From contig OY781945.1 of the NCBI GenBank assembly GCA_963677435.1, positions 1,120,001 to 1,184,000 on the forward strand: a stretch of DNA of 64,000 bases. Direction: 5' to 3'. This DNA comes from an uncultured Aliarcobacter sp. Lineage in GTDB: Bacteria; Campylobacterota; Campylobacteria; Campylobacterales; Arcobacteraceae. Position 1 is the first letter of the stretch. Every line of letters starts with the position of its first letter. Shown here in pieces: positions 50,602 through 63,272 of the stretch. Both the position numbers and the translations under genes were made by a program. The notes under the pieces are model-generated. The model made no database searches. It was not told the origin of the DNA and was given only the letters and a program-made list of their open reading frames with translations.

Positions 50602-51459
50602 ATGGCATTAGGTAGAGGATTAGGAGAATTATTAGGAGAAGTTGAATCAGCATATGAGAATTCAGCTAGTAGCAACAAATCAGGCGTTTGTAAAATTGAT
50701 GTTTCAACAATTAAAGCCAATCCTAATCAACCAAGAAAAATATTTGATGAAGAAAAATTAAGTGATTTAAGTGAATCTATTAAAGAACATGGATTATTAC
50801 AACCAATAATCGTAATTGAGAATGGTAATAATAGTTACACTTTAGTTGCAGGTGAGAGAAGATTAAGGGCTCATAAATTAGCAAATATTAACAAAATTAA
50901 AGCAATAATTATTGATGCAGATGAATTTAAACTAAGAGAATTAGCATTAATAGAAAATATCCAAAGGGATGACTTAAATATTATAGAATTAGCATACTGT
51001 TACGCACAGTTACTAAATGAACATAATATTACTCATGAAGAATTATCAAAAAAAGTGTTTAAAAGTAGAACTTCTATAACAAACACATTAAGATTGTTAC
51101 AATTAAACTCATATGTACAACAATTTTTAGCTACGGACAAAATTAGTGCAGGTCATGCAAAAGTTATGCTTGGACTTAGTTCTGATGAACAAAAAATGGT
51201 TTGCGATTCAATTGTTGGTCAAAAACTTTCAGTTAGAGAAACAGAAAAACTGGTTAAAGAACTAAAAGAAAAAAATACTGAAAAACCAAAAAAAGATAAA
51301 CCTTCAAATACTTATAATTTCAATTCTTTTAATAATATTATTGAAAAATTCAAAGAGAATAATTTAAAAATGAAAGTTGAAAAAAACTATTTTAAAATTG
51401 AATTTAACTCACAAGAAGAAATTGATAAAATTATTAGCTACTTTAATATCCAATCGTAA
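50602..51459 (+). CDS. parB: Chromosome partitioning protein ParB/Spo0J
   Basis: LGRGL, QPRK, GERRLRA, ENIQR. Confidence 0.96.
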   Translation: MALGRGLGELLGEVESAYENSASSNKSGVCKIDVSTIKANPNQPRKIFDEEKLSDLSESIKEHGLLQPIIVIENGNNSYTLVAGERRLRAHKLANINKIKAIIIDADEFKLRELALIENIQRDDLNIIELAYCYAQLLNEHNITHEELSKKVFKSRTSITNTLRLLQLNSYVQQFLATDKISAGHAKVMLGLSSDEQKMVCDSIVGQKLSVRETEKLVKELKEKNTEKPKKDKPSNTYNFNSFNNIIEKFKENNLKMKVEKNYFKIEFNSQEEIDKIISYFNIQS

Positions 51460-51572
51460 CATTATCCAAAAATTTATAAGCTAATTTTTTCTTTTAATAT
51501 AATTTTATAGTTAGTTTTGCTAAAATAATTGAGTTTTAGTTAAACTAAACTGTAAAAAATATGGAGGAATGA

Positions 51573-51995
51573 ATGTTAGACATAAGTCCTGTATTATTGC
51601 TTAGCTCTGGTATCATCTTTCTTTTAGTTGTTGCTAGACTAAACAGTTGTCTTTTCAAACCATTACTTAAACACATGGATGATAGAGAGGCTTCTATAAA
51701 AAGAGATTTAGAAGACGCAAAATCAAACGGTGCAGATGTAGATGGTTTATTGGCCGAAGCAAATGATATTATTGCTAAAGCGAAAAAAGAGGCAGCTGCA
51801 ATTAGAGAACAAGCTTATAAGGAAGCAAAGGATAGTGCTGATGCAAAACTTGCAAGTGCTAAATCTAATTTAGAAGTAAAATCTGCGGAATTTACTAAAA
51901 ACTTACAAGACGAGACTAAAGCTCTAAGAGATTCTTTAGTATCTTCTATGCCTCAATTTAATGAGAGCCTAAAAGCTAAGCTTAGCTCTATTTAA
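51573..51995 (+). CDS. atpF': ATP synthase F0 subunit b'
   Basis: N-terminal TM, LFKPL, coiled coil; first gene of the atp operon. Confidence 0.9.
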   Translation: MLDISPVLLLSSGIIFLLVVARLNSCLFKPLLKHMDDREASIKRDLEDAKSNGADVDGLLAEANDIIAKAKKEAAAIREQAYKEAKDSADAKLASAKSNLEVKSAEFTKNLQDETKALRDSLVSSMPQFNESLKAKLSSI

Positions 51996-52010
51996 GAAGG
52001 GATAGGAAAT

Positions 52011-52523
52011 ATGAAAAGAATGTTATTACTTGGGTTGGCTTTAGTTCCAGTTGCATTACTTGCAAACGAAGGCGCGGTAGAAACTGACATAGTTCAAAGA
52101 ACCGTTAACTTTATAATATTTGCTGGAATTTTATGGTATTTACTTGCTGATAAGATTAAAGCATTTTTTGCTGAGAGATCTTTATCTATTCAAGCAGAAC
52201 TTGATAAAGTACAAGATACTTTAAAAGCTTCTCGAGATAAAGTTAAAGATGCACAAAAGAAATTAGAAGAAGCAAAAAAACTTGCTGCTGATATTGTCGA
52301 TGGTGCAAAGGCTGATATAGATTCAGTTAAACAAAAAGTTGCAACTGCTGTTGATGCAGACATCTCTAATCTAAATAAAAATTTAGATGAAATGATGAAA
52401 GTAGAAACTTCAAAAGCTAAAAAAGAAGTTGTTACTGAAGTTCTAGAAGAGCTATTAAGTTCTGAAAATATTAAATTAACTCAAGACGAGTTAGCAAATA
52501 TTGTTCTTAAAAAGGTAGCATAA
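52011..52523 (+). CDS. atpF: ATP synthase F0 subunit b
   Basis: RTVNFIIF TM plus coiled coil. Confidence 0.92.
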   Translation: MKRMLLLGLALVPVALLANEGAVETDIVQRTVNFIIFAGILWYLLADKIKAFFAERSLSIQAELDKVQDTLKASRDKVKDAQKKLEEAKKLAADIVDGAKADIDSVKQKVATAVDADISNLNKNLDEMMKVETSKAKKEVVTEVLEELLSSENIKLTQDELANIVLKKVA

Positions 52524-53056
52524 TGAATGATTTAGTAGCAAAAAGATATGTTAAAGCATTGGTTGATGGTAGAAATAGTGATATTATTAATACTATTAGC
52601 AGTAAGCTAAATGTTATTTCTTCAGCATTTGCTGATGAAAAATTCAATTCAATAGTATCTTCTCCCCAAATTGCTGATAATGCAAAAGTAGATTTTATAA
52701 TCTCTTTAGCAGATGGAGCAAATGATGAAGTTTTAAAAAATTTCATTAAATTACTTGGTGAAAAAAGAAGATTATCATTATTACCGTTTATCGCAAAAGA
52801 GCTTAATACTCAAATTGCTAAAATGAATAATAGTTATATTGGAGTTGTTTATACAAATCAAGAATTATCAAGTGATTATGTATCTTCAATTGAAAAGCAA
52901 TTTAGTAAAAAATTTGATGTTAAATTATCATTATCGCAAAATGTTTGTGATTATGATGGTATTAAAGTAGATATTGATGGACTTGGCGTTGAAATTTCTT
53001 TTTCTAAAGAGAGATTAAAAACACAGTTAATAGATCATATTTTAAAAGCAGTTTAG
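52523..53056 (+). CDS. atpH: ATP synthase F1 delta
   Basis: VAKRYVKAL; synteny. Confidence 0.93.
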   Translation: MNDLVAKRYVKALVDGRNSDIINTISSKLNVISSAFADEKFNSIVSSPQIADNAKVDFIISLADGANDEVLKNFIKLLGEKRRLSLLPFIAKELNTQIAKMNNSYIGVVYTNQELSSDYVSSIEKQFSKKFDVKLSLSQNVCDYDGIKVDIDGLGVEISFSKERLKTQLIDHILKAV

Positions 53057-53077
53057 AACTTACAAAGGAGAAATTGA

Positions 53078-54595
53078 ATGGGCGCAAAAATTCAAGCTGA
53101 TGAAATCAGTTCTATAATTAAAGAAAGAATTGATAACTTTGAATTAAATGTAGATGTAAATGAAACAGGTAAAATTATCTCTTATGCAGATGGTATTGCA
53201 CAAGTTTACGGTCTAAAAAATGTTATGGCAGGGGAACTTGTTGAATTTGAAAATGGTGAGAGAGGTCTTGCTTCAAATTTAGAAGAATCTTCAGTTGGTA
53301 TTGTTATTCTTGGAAAAGGTGATGGTCTAAGAGAAGGTACTTCTTGTAAAAGATTAGGAAAACTTTTATCAACTCCTGTTGGTGATGCAATGGTTGGAAG
53401 AGTTGTTAATGCACTTGGTGAACCAATTGATGGTAAAGGTTCAATTGCAGCTTCAGAAACTAGATTAGTTGAAGAAAAAGCTCCTGGAATTATGGCTAGA
53501 AAATCAGTTCATGAACCATTAACAACTGGTATTAAAGCTATTGATGCATTAGTTCCAATTGGTAGAGGTCAAAGAGAGCTTATTATTGGTGATAGACAAA
53601 CTGGTAAAACTACTGTTGCAATCGACACAATTCTTAACCAAAAAGGTGAGAATGTAGTTTGTATTTATGTGGCTATTGGTCAAAAATCATCTTCTGTTGC
53701 TTCTGTTGTTAGAACATTAGAAGAAGCTGGTGCAATGGAGTATACAATTGTTGTTAATGCTTCTGCTGCTGATTCTGCTGCATTACAATTCTTAGCTCCT
53801 TATACAGGTGTTACTATTGGTGAATTCTTTAGAGATAATGGAAAACATGCATTAATTATTTATGATGATTTATCTAAACATGCTGTTGCATATAGAGAAA
53901 TGTCATTAATTTTAAGAAGACCTCCAGGAAGAGAAGCATATCCAGGAGATGTATTTTATCTACACTCAAGATTATTAGAAAGAGCTGCAAAAATGAGTGA
54001 TGAAAGAGGTGCTGGTTCTATGACTGCATTACCAATCATTGAAACTCAAGCTGGGGATGTTGCTGCATATATTCCTACAAATGTAATTTCTATTACAGAT
54101 GGACAAATTTTCTTAGAAACTAACCTGTTTAACTCAGGTATTAGACCTGCAATTAATGTTGGTTTATCAGTATCAAGAGTTGGTGGAGCTGCACAAATTA
54201 AAGCTACTAAGCAAGTTGCTGGTACTTTAAAATTATCTCTTGCTCAATATAGAGAACTTGAAGCATTTGCTCAATTTGCATCTGACTTAGATGAAGCTAC
54301 TAGAAGAGAATTAGAGCTTGGTCAAAGAATGGTTGAAGTATTAAAACAAGGTGTAAACAAACCACTAGTTATTGAAAAACAAGTTGTTATTATTTATGCT
54401 GGTACTAAAGGTTACTTAAATGATGTTGCAGTTAGTGATGTTGTAAGATTTGAAGCTGAATTACATACATTCTTCGAACAAAAATATTCAAATATTTTAG
54501 ATTCAATCAAATCTTCTAAAAAAATTGATGATAATACAGAAGCAGAATTAAAAGCTGCATTAGAAGAGTTTAAAACTGTATTTAGTGCAAACTAA
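53078..54595 (+). CDS. atpA: ATP synthase F1 alpha
   Basis: [29 protein letters not shown]. Confidence 0.98.
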   Translation: MGAKIQADEISSIIKERIDNFELNVDVNETGKIISYADGIAQVYGLKNVMAGELVEFENGERGLASNLEESSVGIVILGKGDGLREGTSCKRLGKLLSTPVGDAMVGRVVNALGEPIDGKGSIAASETRLVEEKAPGIMARKSVHEPLTTGIKAIDALVPIGRGQRELIIGDRQTGKTTVAIDTILNQKGENVVCIYVAIGQKSSSVASVVRTLEEAGAMEYTIVVNASAADSAALQFLAPYTGVTIGEFFRDNGKHALIIYDDLSKHAVAYREMSLILRRPPGREAYPGDVFYLHSRLLERAAKMSDERGAGSMTALPIIETQAGDVAAYIPTNVISITDGQIFLETNLFNSGIRPAINVGLSVSRVGGAAQIKATKQVAGTLKLSLAQYRELEAFAQFASDLDEATRRELELGQRMVEVLKQGVNKPLVIEKQVVIIYAGTKGYLNDVAVSDVVRFEAELHTFFEQKYSNILDSIKSSKKIDDNTEAELKAALEEFKTVFSAN

Positions 54596-54605
54596 GGATT
54601 AGTCA

Positions 54606-55490
54606 ATGGCTAACTTAAAAGAGATTAAATTAAAAATAGGTAGTGTTAAAAATACTCAGAAAACTACAAAAGCTATGAAGCTTGTATCTTCTGCAAAACT
54701 TACTAGAACTAGACAATTGTCTGAGCAAGCTAGAAGTTATGCAAAAAAGATAAATGAAGTTCTTTCTGATATTGCTGCTAGAGTTAGCAAAGTTCAAGAC
54801 GAAGGAAATATTGGTAGAGCATTTATACAAAATGATGCACCAAAAACAATTGATATTGTTTTTGTAACTGCTGATAAAGGACTTTGCGGTGGTTTTAATA
54901 TGGCAACAATTAAAACAGTTAGTAAATTAATTGCTGAATATGAAGCAAAAGGTACAAAAGTTAGATTAAGAGCTGCTGGAAGAAAAGGTGTTGATTTCTT
55001 TTCTTTCCAAGGTGTTGCTTTAGAACAAAAAGTTTCTGATTTATCTTCTGCTCCTGAGTATGATAGAGCTGCAGATTTTATTCATGCAGTTGTTGAAGAT
55101 TTCAAAAATGAAATTACTGACAAAGTAATTGTTGTTTATAATGGTTTTTTAAATATGTTAACTCAAGAAATTAGAGTTAGAGATTTATTACCAGTTAGTT
55201 TAGATGCTGTAGAAGTTAAAAATTCAGAATCTATGTTAGAAATTGAGCCAGATGATGATGAAGAAGTATTAAATGAGTTAACTGATAAATATATTGATTT
55301 CAATATGTATTATGCTTTAATTGACTCTTTAGCTGCAGAGCACAGTGCTAGAATGCAAGCAATGGAAGCTGCTACTAAAAATGCAAAAGAAAAAGTTAAC
55401 AGTTTAACAGTTGAATATAACAAAGCTAGACAAGCTGCAATTACAACAGAGCTGATAGAAATTATCAGTGGTGTTGAAGCATTAAAATAA
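54606..55490 (+). CDS. atpG: ATP synthase F1 gamma
   Basis: KGLCGGFN, RQAAITTELIEI. Confidence 0.97.
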   Translation: MANLKEIKLKIGSVKNTQKTTKAMKLVSSAKLTRTRQLSEQARSYAKKINEVLSDIAARVSKVQDEGNIGRAFIQNDAPKTIDIVFVTADKGLCGGFNMATIKTVSKLIAEYEAKGTKVRLRAAGRKGVDFFSFQGVALEQKVSDLSSAPEYDRAADFIHAVVEDFKNEITDKVIVVYNGFLNMLTQEIRVRDLLPVSLDAVEVKNSESMLEIEPDDDEEVLNELTDKYIDFNMYYALIDSLAAEHSARMQAMEAATKNAKEKVNSLTVEYNKARQAAITTELIEIISGVEALK

Positions 55491-56903
<1,413 letters not shown>

Positions 56904-56923
56904 CAAAACCGTTAAGGCATAAC

Positions 56924-57301
56924 ATGGATACAATTAGATTATCAATAGTTACACCTAATGGAGAAATATTTAATGATGATGTAAAAACTGTAACTCTCCC
57001 TGGAAAAGAGGGTGAGTTCGGTGTCCTACCTGGACACTCATCATTAATTTCTTCATTAACAGTTGGTGTAATTGTTATCGAAAAAGCAAATTCTACTGAA
57101 GCAGTTGCTATTAACTGGGGACATGTTAAAGTAGATGAAAAATCTGTTGATGTATTAGCTGATGGAGCTATTGCGTTAACTGCTGGAAATGACTCTGAAA
57201 TTGCTAAGAATATTGAAGCTGCAAAAGTATTAGTAAATTCAGTGAAAGATTCAAATATTTCTGTTGCTTCAGTTGAAGCAAAAATCAACTCATTCGCGTA
57301 A
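56924..57301 (+). CDS. atpC: ATP synthase F1 epsilon
   Basis: IVTPNG, GEFGVLPGH. Confidence 0.95.
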   Translation: MDTIRLSIVTPNGEIFNDDVKTVTLPGKEGEFGVLPGHSSLISSLTVGVIVIEKANSTEAVAINWGHVKVDEKSVDVLADGAIALTAGNDSEIAKNIEAAKVLVNSVKDSNISVASVEAKINSFA

Positions 57302-57305
57302 AAGC

Positions 57306-57866
57306 ATGATTACTACAATACTAAATTATTTGGCAAATAGTGGTGCTATAACTTATATAGTTTTAGCACTTTTGTCAATTTATCTAATCATTACAATTTG
57401 GATTTTCTTTTATAGATATTTTGCTGTTACTGCACTAATTAGAAATGAAGTTAGCTCTTTAGAGGGTTTAACATCAAGAGAAGCTAGATTCTCATCATTA
57501 TCTGCTTTAAATAAATGTACTAATAACCTTGCTTCAAAAGAGTTATTATATGCATGTGAAATAAATATAATTAAAGATGCTAGTTCAGGAATTTCTTGGT
57601 TAGCAATTATTTCATCAACATCACCATTTATTGGTCTTTTTGGTACTGTTATTGGAATATTAGAGTCGTTTGCAAAATTTGCAAATCAATCAAAAGTTGC
57701 TTTTTCTATTATTGCACCAGCAATAAGTGAAGCATTAGTTGCAACAGCAGCGGGTATTTTTGTTGCTATATTTGCTTATACATTTCATCAAATACTTTCA
57801 AGAAAAATTTATGAGTTAAATATATATCTTAAGGCGCAATCGCAAATTTTAATTGCTAAGGGTTAA
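57306..57866 (+). CDS. MotA/TolQ/ExbB proton channel
   Basis: SPFIGLFGTV, ISEALVATAAG; start at ATG 57306. Confidence 0.92.
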   Translation: MITTILNYLANSGAITYIVLALLSIYLIITIWIFFYRYFAVTALIRNEVSSLEGLTSREARFSSLSALNKCTNNLASKELLYACEINIIKDASSGISWLAIISSTSPFIGLFGTVIGILESFAKFANQSKVAFSIIAPAISEALVATAAGIFVAIFAYTFHQILSRKIYELNIYLKAQSQILIAKG

Positions 57867-57870
57867 TATC

Positions 57871-58260
57871 GTGTATGATTTTAATGATAAACCTGATTTA
57901 AATATTACACCCTTAGTTGATATTATGCTAGTTTTACTAGCCATATTAATGGTTACTGCACCAGTTATTGAGTTTGAAGAACCTATAAATCTTCCAAGTG
58001 GGAGTAAATCACAACAAGTACAAGATTTTCAAAAAATTGATATTATTATTACTAAAGATAGAGTAGTTACACTTAATAAAAATAAAGTAGATATAGCTAA
58101 TTTTCCTGATAGTTTTCTTCTATTTGCAAATGGAAAAGATCAAAATACTCCAATACATATAAGAGCTGACAAAGAATTGAAGTATGATGATATAATTTTT
58201 GTTTTAAAATCAGTTAAAGAAGCTGGTTTTTTCAAAGTTGCACTAGTAACTGATGGATAA
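57871..58260 (+). CDS. ExbD/TolR family protein
   Basis: NITPLVDIMLVLL, IRAD; GTG start. Confidence 0.92.
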   Translation: MYDFNDKPDLNITPLVDIMLVLLAILMVTAPVIEFEEPINLPSGSKSQQVQDFQKIDIIITKDRVVTLNKNKVDIANFPDSFLLFANGKDQNTPIHIRADKELKYDDIIFVLKSVKEAGFFKVALVTDG

Positions 58261-58263
58261 TAA

Positions 58264-58995
58264 ATGCAAAATAATTTTTCGTTTATACTTTCAGGTATAA
58301 TAGCATTTTCATTTTATGCTTTAATGTGTTTTTTGTTGTTTTTTTATATAGCTAGTCCAACTCCAAAAACTTTTAATATTAAGCCTACATCTACAACGAT
58401 AGAGCTTGATATGATTGTTGAAAAAGCTGAAAAAAAGATGGTTGAAAAGAAAACAGAAAAAATTATAGAAAAAGAAGAAGTGAAAGAAAAAGAGACATCA
58501 GTTTCAAATGAAAAAAGACCTGATTTAAAATCTTTATTTGCAAATGTAAAAGAAAAAGCAACAAATGTAGCAAAACAAGAGGTTAATAATGTTGAAAAAT
58601 CAATTGACCCTAAAAGATTTAAATCAAAATTCGAAAAAGAGAAGAAATCTTCTAATATAACTATTGATAAATTATTGGAAGATGAAAAAACAGCATCTAA
58701 TTCGAAAAGTAAAAATGCTAATAAAGGTGAAGAGAGTGATGATTATTTCTCACAAATTGACGAAATGTTATCAGCTTGGATGCCAACAACAAGAGAGCCA
58801 GGTTTAAAGGCTGTTGTTTTAGTTATGATTGATTTAAATGGTAGGTTTGATTACCGTTTTGTTACAAATTCAGGAAATGAAACTTTTGATACATCTTTAA
58901 GGAATTTTTTGGAAGAACAAAAAAATATTGTTTATCCAATACCTACTAAAAATAAAGATGTAAGAATTAATGTTGATTTCAAATCAGAAGGATAA
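58264..58995 (+). CDS. TolA/TonB-like protein
   Basis: N-terminal TM, Lys/Glu-rich linker, TonB_C-like SGNETFD; synteny. Confidence 0.8.
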   Translation: MQNNFSFILSGIIAFSFYALMCFLLFFYIASPTPKTFNIKPTSTTIELDMIVEKAEKKMVEKKTEKIIEKEEVKEKETSVSNEKRPDLKSLFANVKEKATNVAKQEVNNVEKSIDPKRFKSKFEKEKKSSNITIDKLLEDEKTASNSKSKNANKGEESDDYFSQIDEMLSAWMPTTREPGLKAVVLVMIDLNGRFDYRFVTNSGNETFDTSLRNFLEEQKNIVYPIPTKNKDVRINVDFKSEG

Positions 58996-59000
58996 AATAT

Positions 59001-60272
59001 ATGTATAAAATATTATTATTAATATCATTGGTATTTAGTTCAGTTTTTGCACAAGTTGATGCAAATTTAGAAATAGTTAAAAAAGCTACTTCATTACCGA
59101 AAATTTTAGTTTCAGTTTCTACTGATACAGGAGAAATTGAAACTTTAGGTAGAATAAAAAAAAGCTTAGCAGATGATTTATCTGTAAGTGGTCATTTTGA
59201 AGTAGTTAATGTAAATAGTCAGACAGCTTATGGAAGTATGCCTGATCTTATTAGTTTATCAAATCAAGGTGTTGATTTATATTTAAATCTATCAGCATCT
59301 AAAGAGTCAAATGGTTCTTATACTTTAATGACAAAACTTTTTGATATGAATTCTAAAGTACTTATTTTAGAAAAAAATTTTACAACAACTCAAGAAGATA
59401 GATTTGTTTTTCTAGCTCATAAAGCTGCAATTTCAATAAATGATTTTTTCAAAGCACCAAGTATTTCATGGATGGAAAAATTTGTAGTATTTTCAACTTA
59501 CACAAGTTCAGGTAAAGCTGATATTATGATTGGAGATTATACTTTAACTTATAAGAAGACAGTTGTTTCTGGTGGATTAAATATTTTCCCAAAATGGGCT
59601 GATGCAGAACAAAAAACTATTTACTATACTACTTATAATTATGATAAACCAACTTTAGTTAAGTTAAATATTTATAATAGAAGTAAAGAGACGATAATGC
59701 AATCAGATGGAATGTTAGCTTGTTCTGATGTTAACGCAGATGGAACTAAGTTATTAGTTACAGCATCACCTAATGGACAACCAGATATATTCTTATATAA
59801 TACTAGGACAAAAAGTAAAACTCAAATCACTAAATATAGTGGAATTGATGTGGGTGGACATTTTATTGAAAATGATTCAAGAATTGTATTTGTATCTGAT
59901 AGATTAGGAAATCCAAACATCTTTGCACAAGGAATTAATTCATCTTCAGTTGAAAGATTAGTATATCACAGTAATAATAACTCTTCAGCAACTGCTTTTG
60001 GAAATAATATTGTATATAGTAGTAAAGATTCTACAAATGAATTAGGAGATAAAAGCTTTAACTTGTACTTAATATCAACTAAGTCAGATAATATGAAAAG
60101 ATTAACATCAAGTGGTATAAATCAGTTCCCTAAATTTTCAGGTGATGGTGAAACATTACTATATATAAAAACATTTGGTGGATCAAGTTCAATAGGAATT
60201 ATTAGATTAGCGTATAGTAAATCATTTTTATTTCCATTAAATGGTAAGAGAATTCAATCTATAGATTGGTAA
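59001..60272 (+). CDS. tolB: Tol-Pal system protein TolB
   Basis: Signal peptide, beta-propeller repeats (FVSDRLG, PKFS), terminal DW. Confidence 0.92.
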   Translation: MYKILLLISLVFSSVFAQVDANLEIVKKATSLPKILVSVSTDTGEIETLGRIKKSLADDLSVSGHFEVVNVNSQTAYGSMPDLISLSNQGVDLYLNLSASKESNGSYTLMTKLFDMNSKVLILEKNFTTTQEDRFVFLAHKAAISINDFFKAPSISWMEKFVVFSTYTSSGKADIMIGDYTLTYKKTVVSGGLNIFPKWADAEQKTIYYTTYNYDKPTLVKLNIYNRSKETIMQSDGMLACSDVNADGTKLLVTASPNGQPDIFLYNTRTKSKTQITKYSGIDVGGHFIENDSRIVFVSDRLGNPNIFAQGINSSSVERLVYHSNNNSSATAFGNNIVYSSKDSTNELGDKSFNLYLISTKSDNMKRLTSSGINQFPKFSGDGETLLYIKTFGGSSSIGIIRLAYSKSFLFPLNGKRIQSIDW

Positions 60273-60288
60273 TTCTAAGAAAAATCAC

Positions 60289-60336
60289 TATTATTACAAG
60301 TGTTTTATAGATTTTTTATAAAGCCTTGTAGTAATA
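60289..60336 (+). terminator. Long hairpin after tolB
   Basis: TATTATTACAAG...CTTGTAGTAATA inverted repeat. Confidence 0.45.
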
Positions 60337-61003
60337 TTTATTCAAATTTTTATATTTTTACTTCCAAAAACTTCAATTTCTTATTTAAATTTTACTTATC
60401 TCAATTAATTTTATTGTTTATTTCATTAAATTTATTATCTTCTATTAATAAATATTAACAATTTTTATAGTTTATGTTTTCAAATAATATAGTAAATAAT
60501 ATATTATTCTTTTAAACTTTTAAGTTAGGAATGCATGTATAAAAAATAGGAATTTATAAAATATATTTTAAAAGTCATTATTACAATTATGAGCTTAAAA
60601 CAATAGTTTTAAAATAGTAAAGGTATTGTACACAATAAGTAATATTCTCTTTAGAATCAATTAGAAATCATTTGTTATATAATTTGTTTTATTTTTCTTG
60701 AAAAATAGCCATGTTTTATAAAAATATTATTTTTTTTGTCTTTATTTACACAATAAAAATATCCCAAATTATGGTAAGTTTATACTAATATTATTAGATA
60801 AATTGACAATTTATTTTGATAATATTAATTATAAAAGATATCTTATTTATTTAATTATAATTAAAAAAAACAAACAATTTTAAATATAAATTTTGTGTTT
60901 TTGAAAAATTATATTTATCTAAGAATATATTTTATTTTTATAAACAATAATTAAGGTTCTCTCTTGTATTATTTCAGCAAATTTTTATTTCAAGGACAAA
61001 ATT

Positions 61004-61543
61004 ATGAAAAAATTAGGTGTTTATTCTTTATTAGTTGCGGCAATGTTATTCTCTACTGGTTGTAGTGAAAAAAATGCTGATATGAATGTTGACAATACTG
61101 CTCCAGTTGCTGAAGCTGCAAGTACTACTGATTCAAATATGGCTGATGGTAGCTTTTCTGCTTTAGAAAAAGCTGCAAATGGTAACTATTATATGATCAA
61201 TGGTCAAAAAGTTTTAATTGAGCATGTATATTTTGGATTTGACAAATATAACTTAACTGCTGATAACAAAGATAAAGCAGTTTCTAATGCTTCTAAATTA
61301 TCTGCATTAACTGCTGATACAACTGTAACAGTTTCTGGTAACACAGATGAGTGGGGATCAGATGAGTATAACTACGCATTAGGTTTAAAAAGAGCTAACT
61401 CTGTTAAAGATGTTTTAGTTGCTAATGGTGTAACTGCAAATGTTGCATTAGTTTCTTTAGGTGAAAGTTCTCCAGTTTGTACTGAAAAAACTAAAGAATG
61501 TTGGGCAAAAAACAGAAGAGTTGAACACGAATTAAGCAAATAA
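61004..61543 (+). CDS. pal: Peptidoglycan-associated lipoprotein (OmpA-like)
   Basis: Lipobox STGC, YFGFDK, GNTDEWG, NYALGLKRA, NRR. Confidence 0.92.
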   Translation: MKKLGVYSLLVAAMLFSTGCSEKNADMNVDNTAPVAEAASTTDSNMADGSFSALEKAANGNYYMINGQKVLIEHVYFGFDKYNLTADNKDKAVSNASKLSALTADTTVTVSGNTDEWGSDEYNYALGLKRANSVKDVLVANGVTANVALVSLGESSPVCTEKTKECWAKNRRVEHELSK

Positions 61544-61548
61544 TTTCA

Positions 61549-62535
61549 ATGACTAAGTATCTTCTATCTTTTTTTATAGCAAGTTCTTTAACCGTAGCCG
61601 TAGCCGAAGAGGTTTCGGTCTATGGTTCGAGTGATTCAAGTGGGAATAGTTCTTACGGACTAACTTCTTCTGAAAAACATATCTTGAAAAATCAAGCAAG
61701 CATCAATAATCTAACATCTAAAATGGGAGATGTAAATTCTTTACTTGAATCTATTAAAACAAGGTTAGAAGGCTTAGAATCTACATATGAAGGTGATTCT
61801 GCAAAATTAAATTCTACTTCAAGAAAAGTGGATGATTTAGCGCAGAAAATAGGTCTATCTTCAGATTTAGGTTCTAACAATTCTTCATCAACTCAAGGTA
61901 ATAATACTGAATTATCTGACACAGTTAATGGTTTAAAAGTCGCACTAACAAAATTAACAACATTAGTTAATAAAATTAATTCTGAATATGTTTCTTCTAA
62001 TGAATTAAAAAACAATATGGATCAATTTGTAACAAGAGAAGAGTTTGAAGCTTTAAAAAAAGCTGCAGGAATAAAAACTTCTCAAGTTAAAGCATCAACA
62101 AAATTAGATACAAATAAAGCTGGTATTGAAGATGATAAAAAAGATGAAATATCTGTAAAAAATTTAACATCTACTGATAAAGCAAATTTATTAAATGATT
62201 TAAAAAAAGATTTTGAGGCTAAAAATTACGATTCATCTGCTCAAAAATGTGATAAACTGCTTGAAGCAAATTATAAACCAGCAGAAGTTAACTTCTATAT
62301 GGCACAAAATTGGTATATGAGAAAAAAGTATGATGTTGCAATAAGTCATTATAAAAAATCTGCTATTCTAAATGATAAAGCAGCTTATATGCCAACATTA
62401 TTATTGCATAGTGCTATTTCATTTGAAAAAACAAAAGATAAAGATAATGCAAAAAGTTTTTATAGTACTTTAGTTGATCTTTATCCTAATTCAAGTGAAG
62501 CAAAAGTAGCAAAACAAAATTTAGCTAAATTATAA
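61549..62535 (+). CDS. CpoB/YbgF-like coiled-coil + TPR protein
   Basis: Signal peptide, coiled coil, C-terminal TPR YPNSSEA; downstream of pal. Confidence 0.8.
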   Translation: MTKYLLSFFIASSLTVAVAEEVSVYGSSDSSGNSSYGLTSSEKHILKNQASINNLTSKMGDVNSLLESIKTRLEGLESTYEGDSAKLNSTSRKVDDLAQKIGLSSDLGSNNSSSTQGNNTELSDTVNGLKVALTKLTTLVNKINSEYVSSNELKNNMDQFVTREEFEALKKAAGIKTSQVKASTKLDTNKAGIEDDKKDEISVKNLTSTDKANLLNDLKKDFEAKNYDSSAQKCDKLLEANYKPAEVNFYMAQNWYMRKKYDVAISHYKKSAILNDKAAYMPTLLLHSAISFEKTKDKDNAKSFYSTLVDLYPNSSEAKVAKQNLAKL

Positions 62536-62558
62536 TAATTATTAAATAAGGAAAAAAC

Positions 62559-63134
62559 ATGTCAAAAGTAATAGGTATTGAATATACATTAAAAGATGCA
62601 AAAACTGGTGAGCAATTAGATACAAATGTTGGTCAAGCTCCTTTAGAATTTATTTCAGGAAAAGGTCAAATCATTCCAGGTCTTGAGTCAAAATTAGTTG
62701 AAATGTCTGCAAATGAAGAAGCAGATGTTTTAGTTCAACCTGTTGATGCTTATGGTGAATACAATGAAGAAGCTATTCAAGTTTTACCAAAAGAGCAATT
62801 TGCTGGTATTGAATTAGTTGAAGGTATGTCTTTATATGGAAATGGTGAACATGGTGAAACTGTACAAGTTGTAGTTAAATCTTTTACTGATACTGATGTA
62901 ACAATTGATTATAATCATCCAATGGCTGGTAAAACTTTAATGTTCTCAGTAGCAATTTTATCTTTAAGAGATGCAACTGAAGAAGAAGTTCAAACAGGTG
63001 TTGTTGGTGGAATGGCTGCTATGGGTGGTGGTTGTTGTGGTGGCGGAGGTCACTCTCATGGTGGTGGTTCTTGTGGAACTGAAGATAAAGGTCATGATCA
63101 TGGACATTCTCACGGTGGTTGTGGTTGTCACTAA
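62559..63134 (+). CDS. slyD: FKBP-type peptidyl-prolyl isomerase SlyD
   Basis: IIPGLE, AYGE, DYNHPMAG, His/Cys/Gly-rich tail. Confidence 0.95.
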   Translation: MSKVIGIEYTLKDAKTGEQLDTNVGQAPLEFISGKGQIIPGLESKLVEMSANEEADVLVQPVDAYGEYNEEAIQVLPKEQFAGIELVEGMSLYGNGEHGETVQVVVKSFTDTDVTIDYNHPMAGKTLMFSVAILSLRDATEEEVQTGVVGGMAAMGGGCCGGGGHSHGGGSCGTEDKGHDHGHSHGGCGCH

Positions 63135-63160
63135 TACTTTCTTTTTAAAAAGATATTATT

Positions 63161-63202
63161 TTTTGCCCGAGTGTATTCTTACATTTGGGCAAAATTATTT
63201 TT
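63161..63202 (+). terminator. Hairpin terminator after slyD
   Basis: TTTTGCCCGAGTGTA-TTCT-TACATTTGGGCAAAA followed by T-rich tract. Confidence 0.7.
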
Positions 63203-63272
63203 TAGGGTTATGTATTTTAACTTTAAAAAATGGTTTTATTAAAATTAATTAATTTATAAAGAGGTGTTTACA

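Noticed and set aside
63020..63134. GGT/CAT-rich low-complexity repeats
   Set aside because: Encode the known His/Cys/Gly metal-binding tail of SlyD
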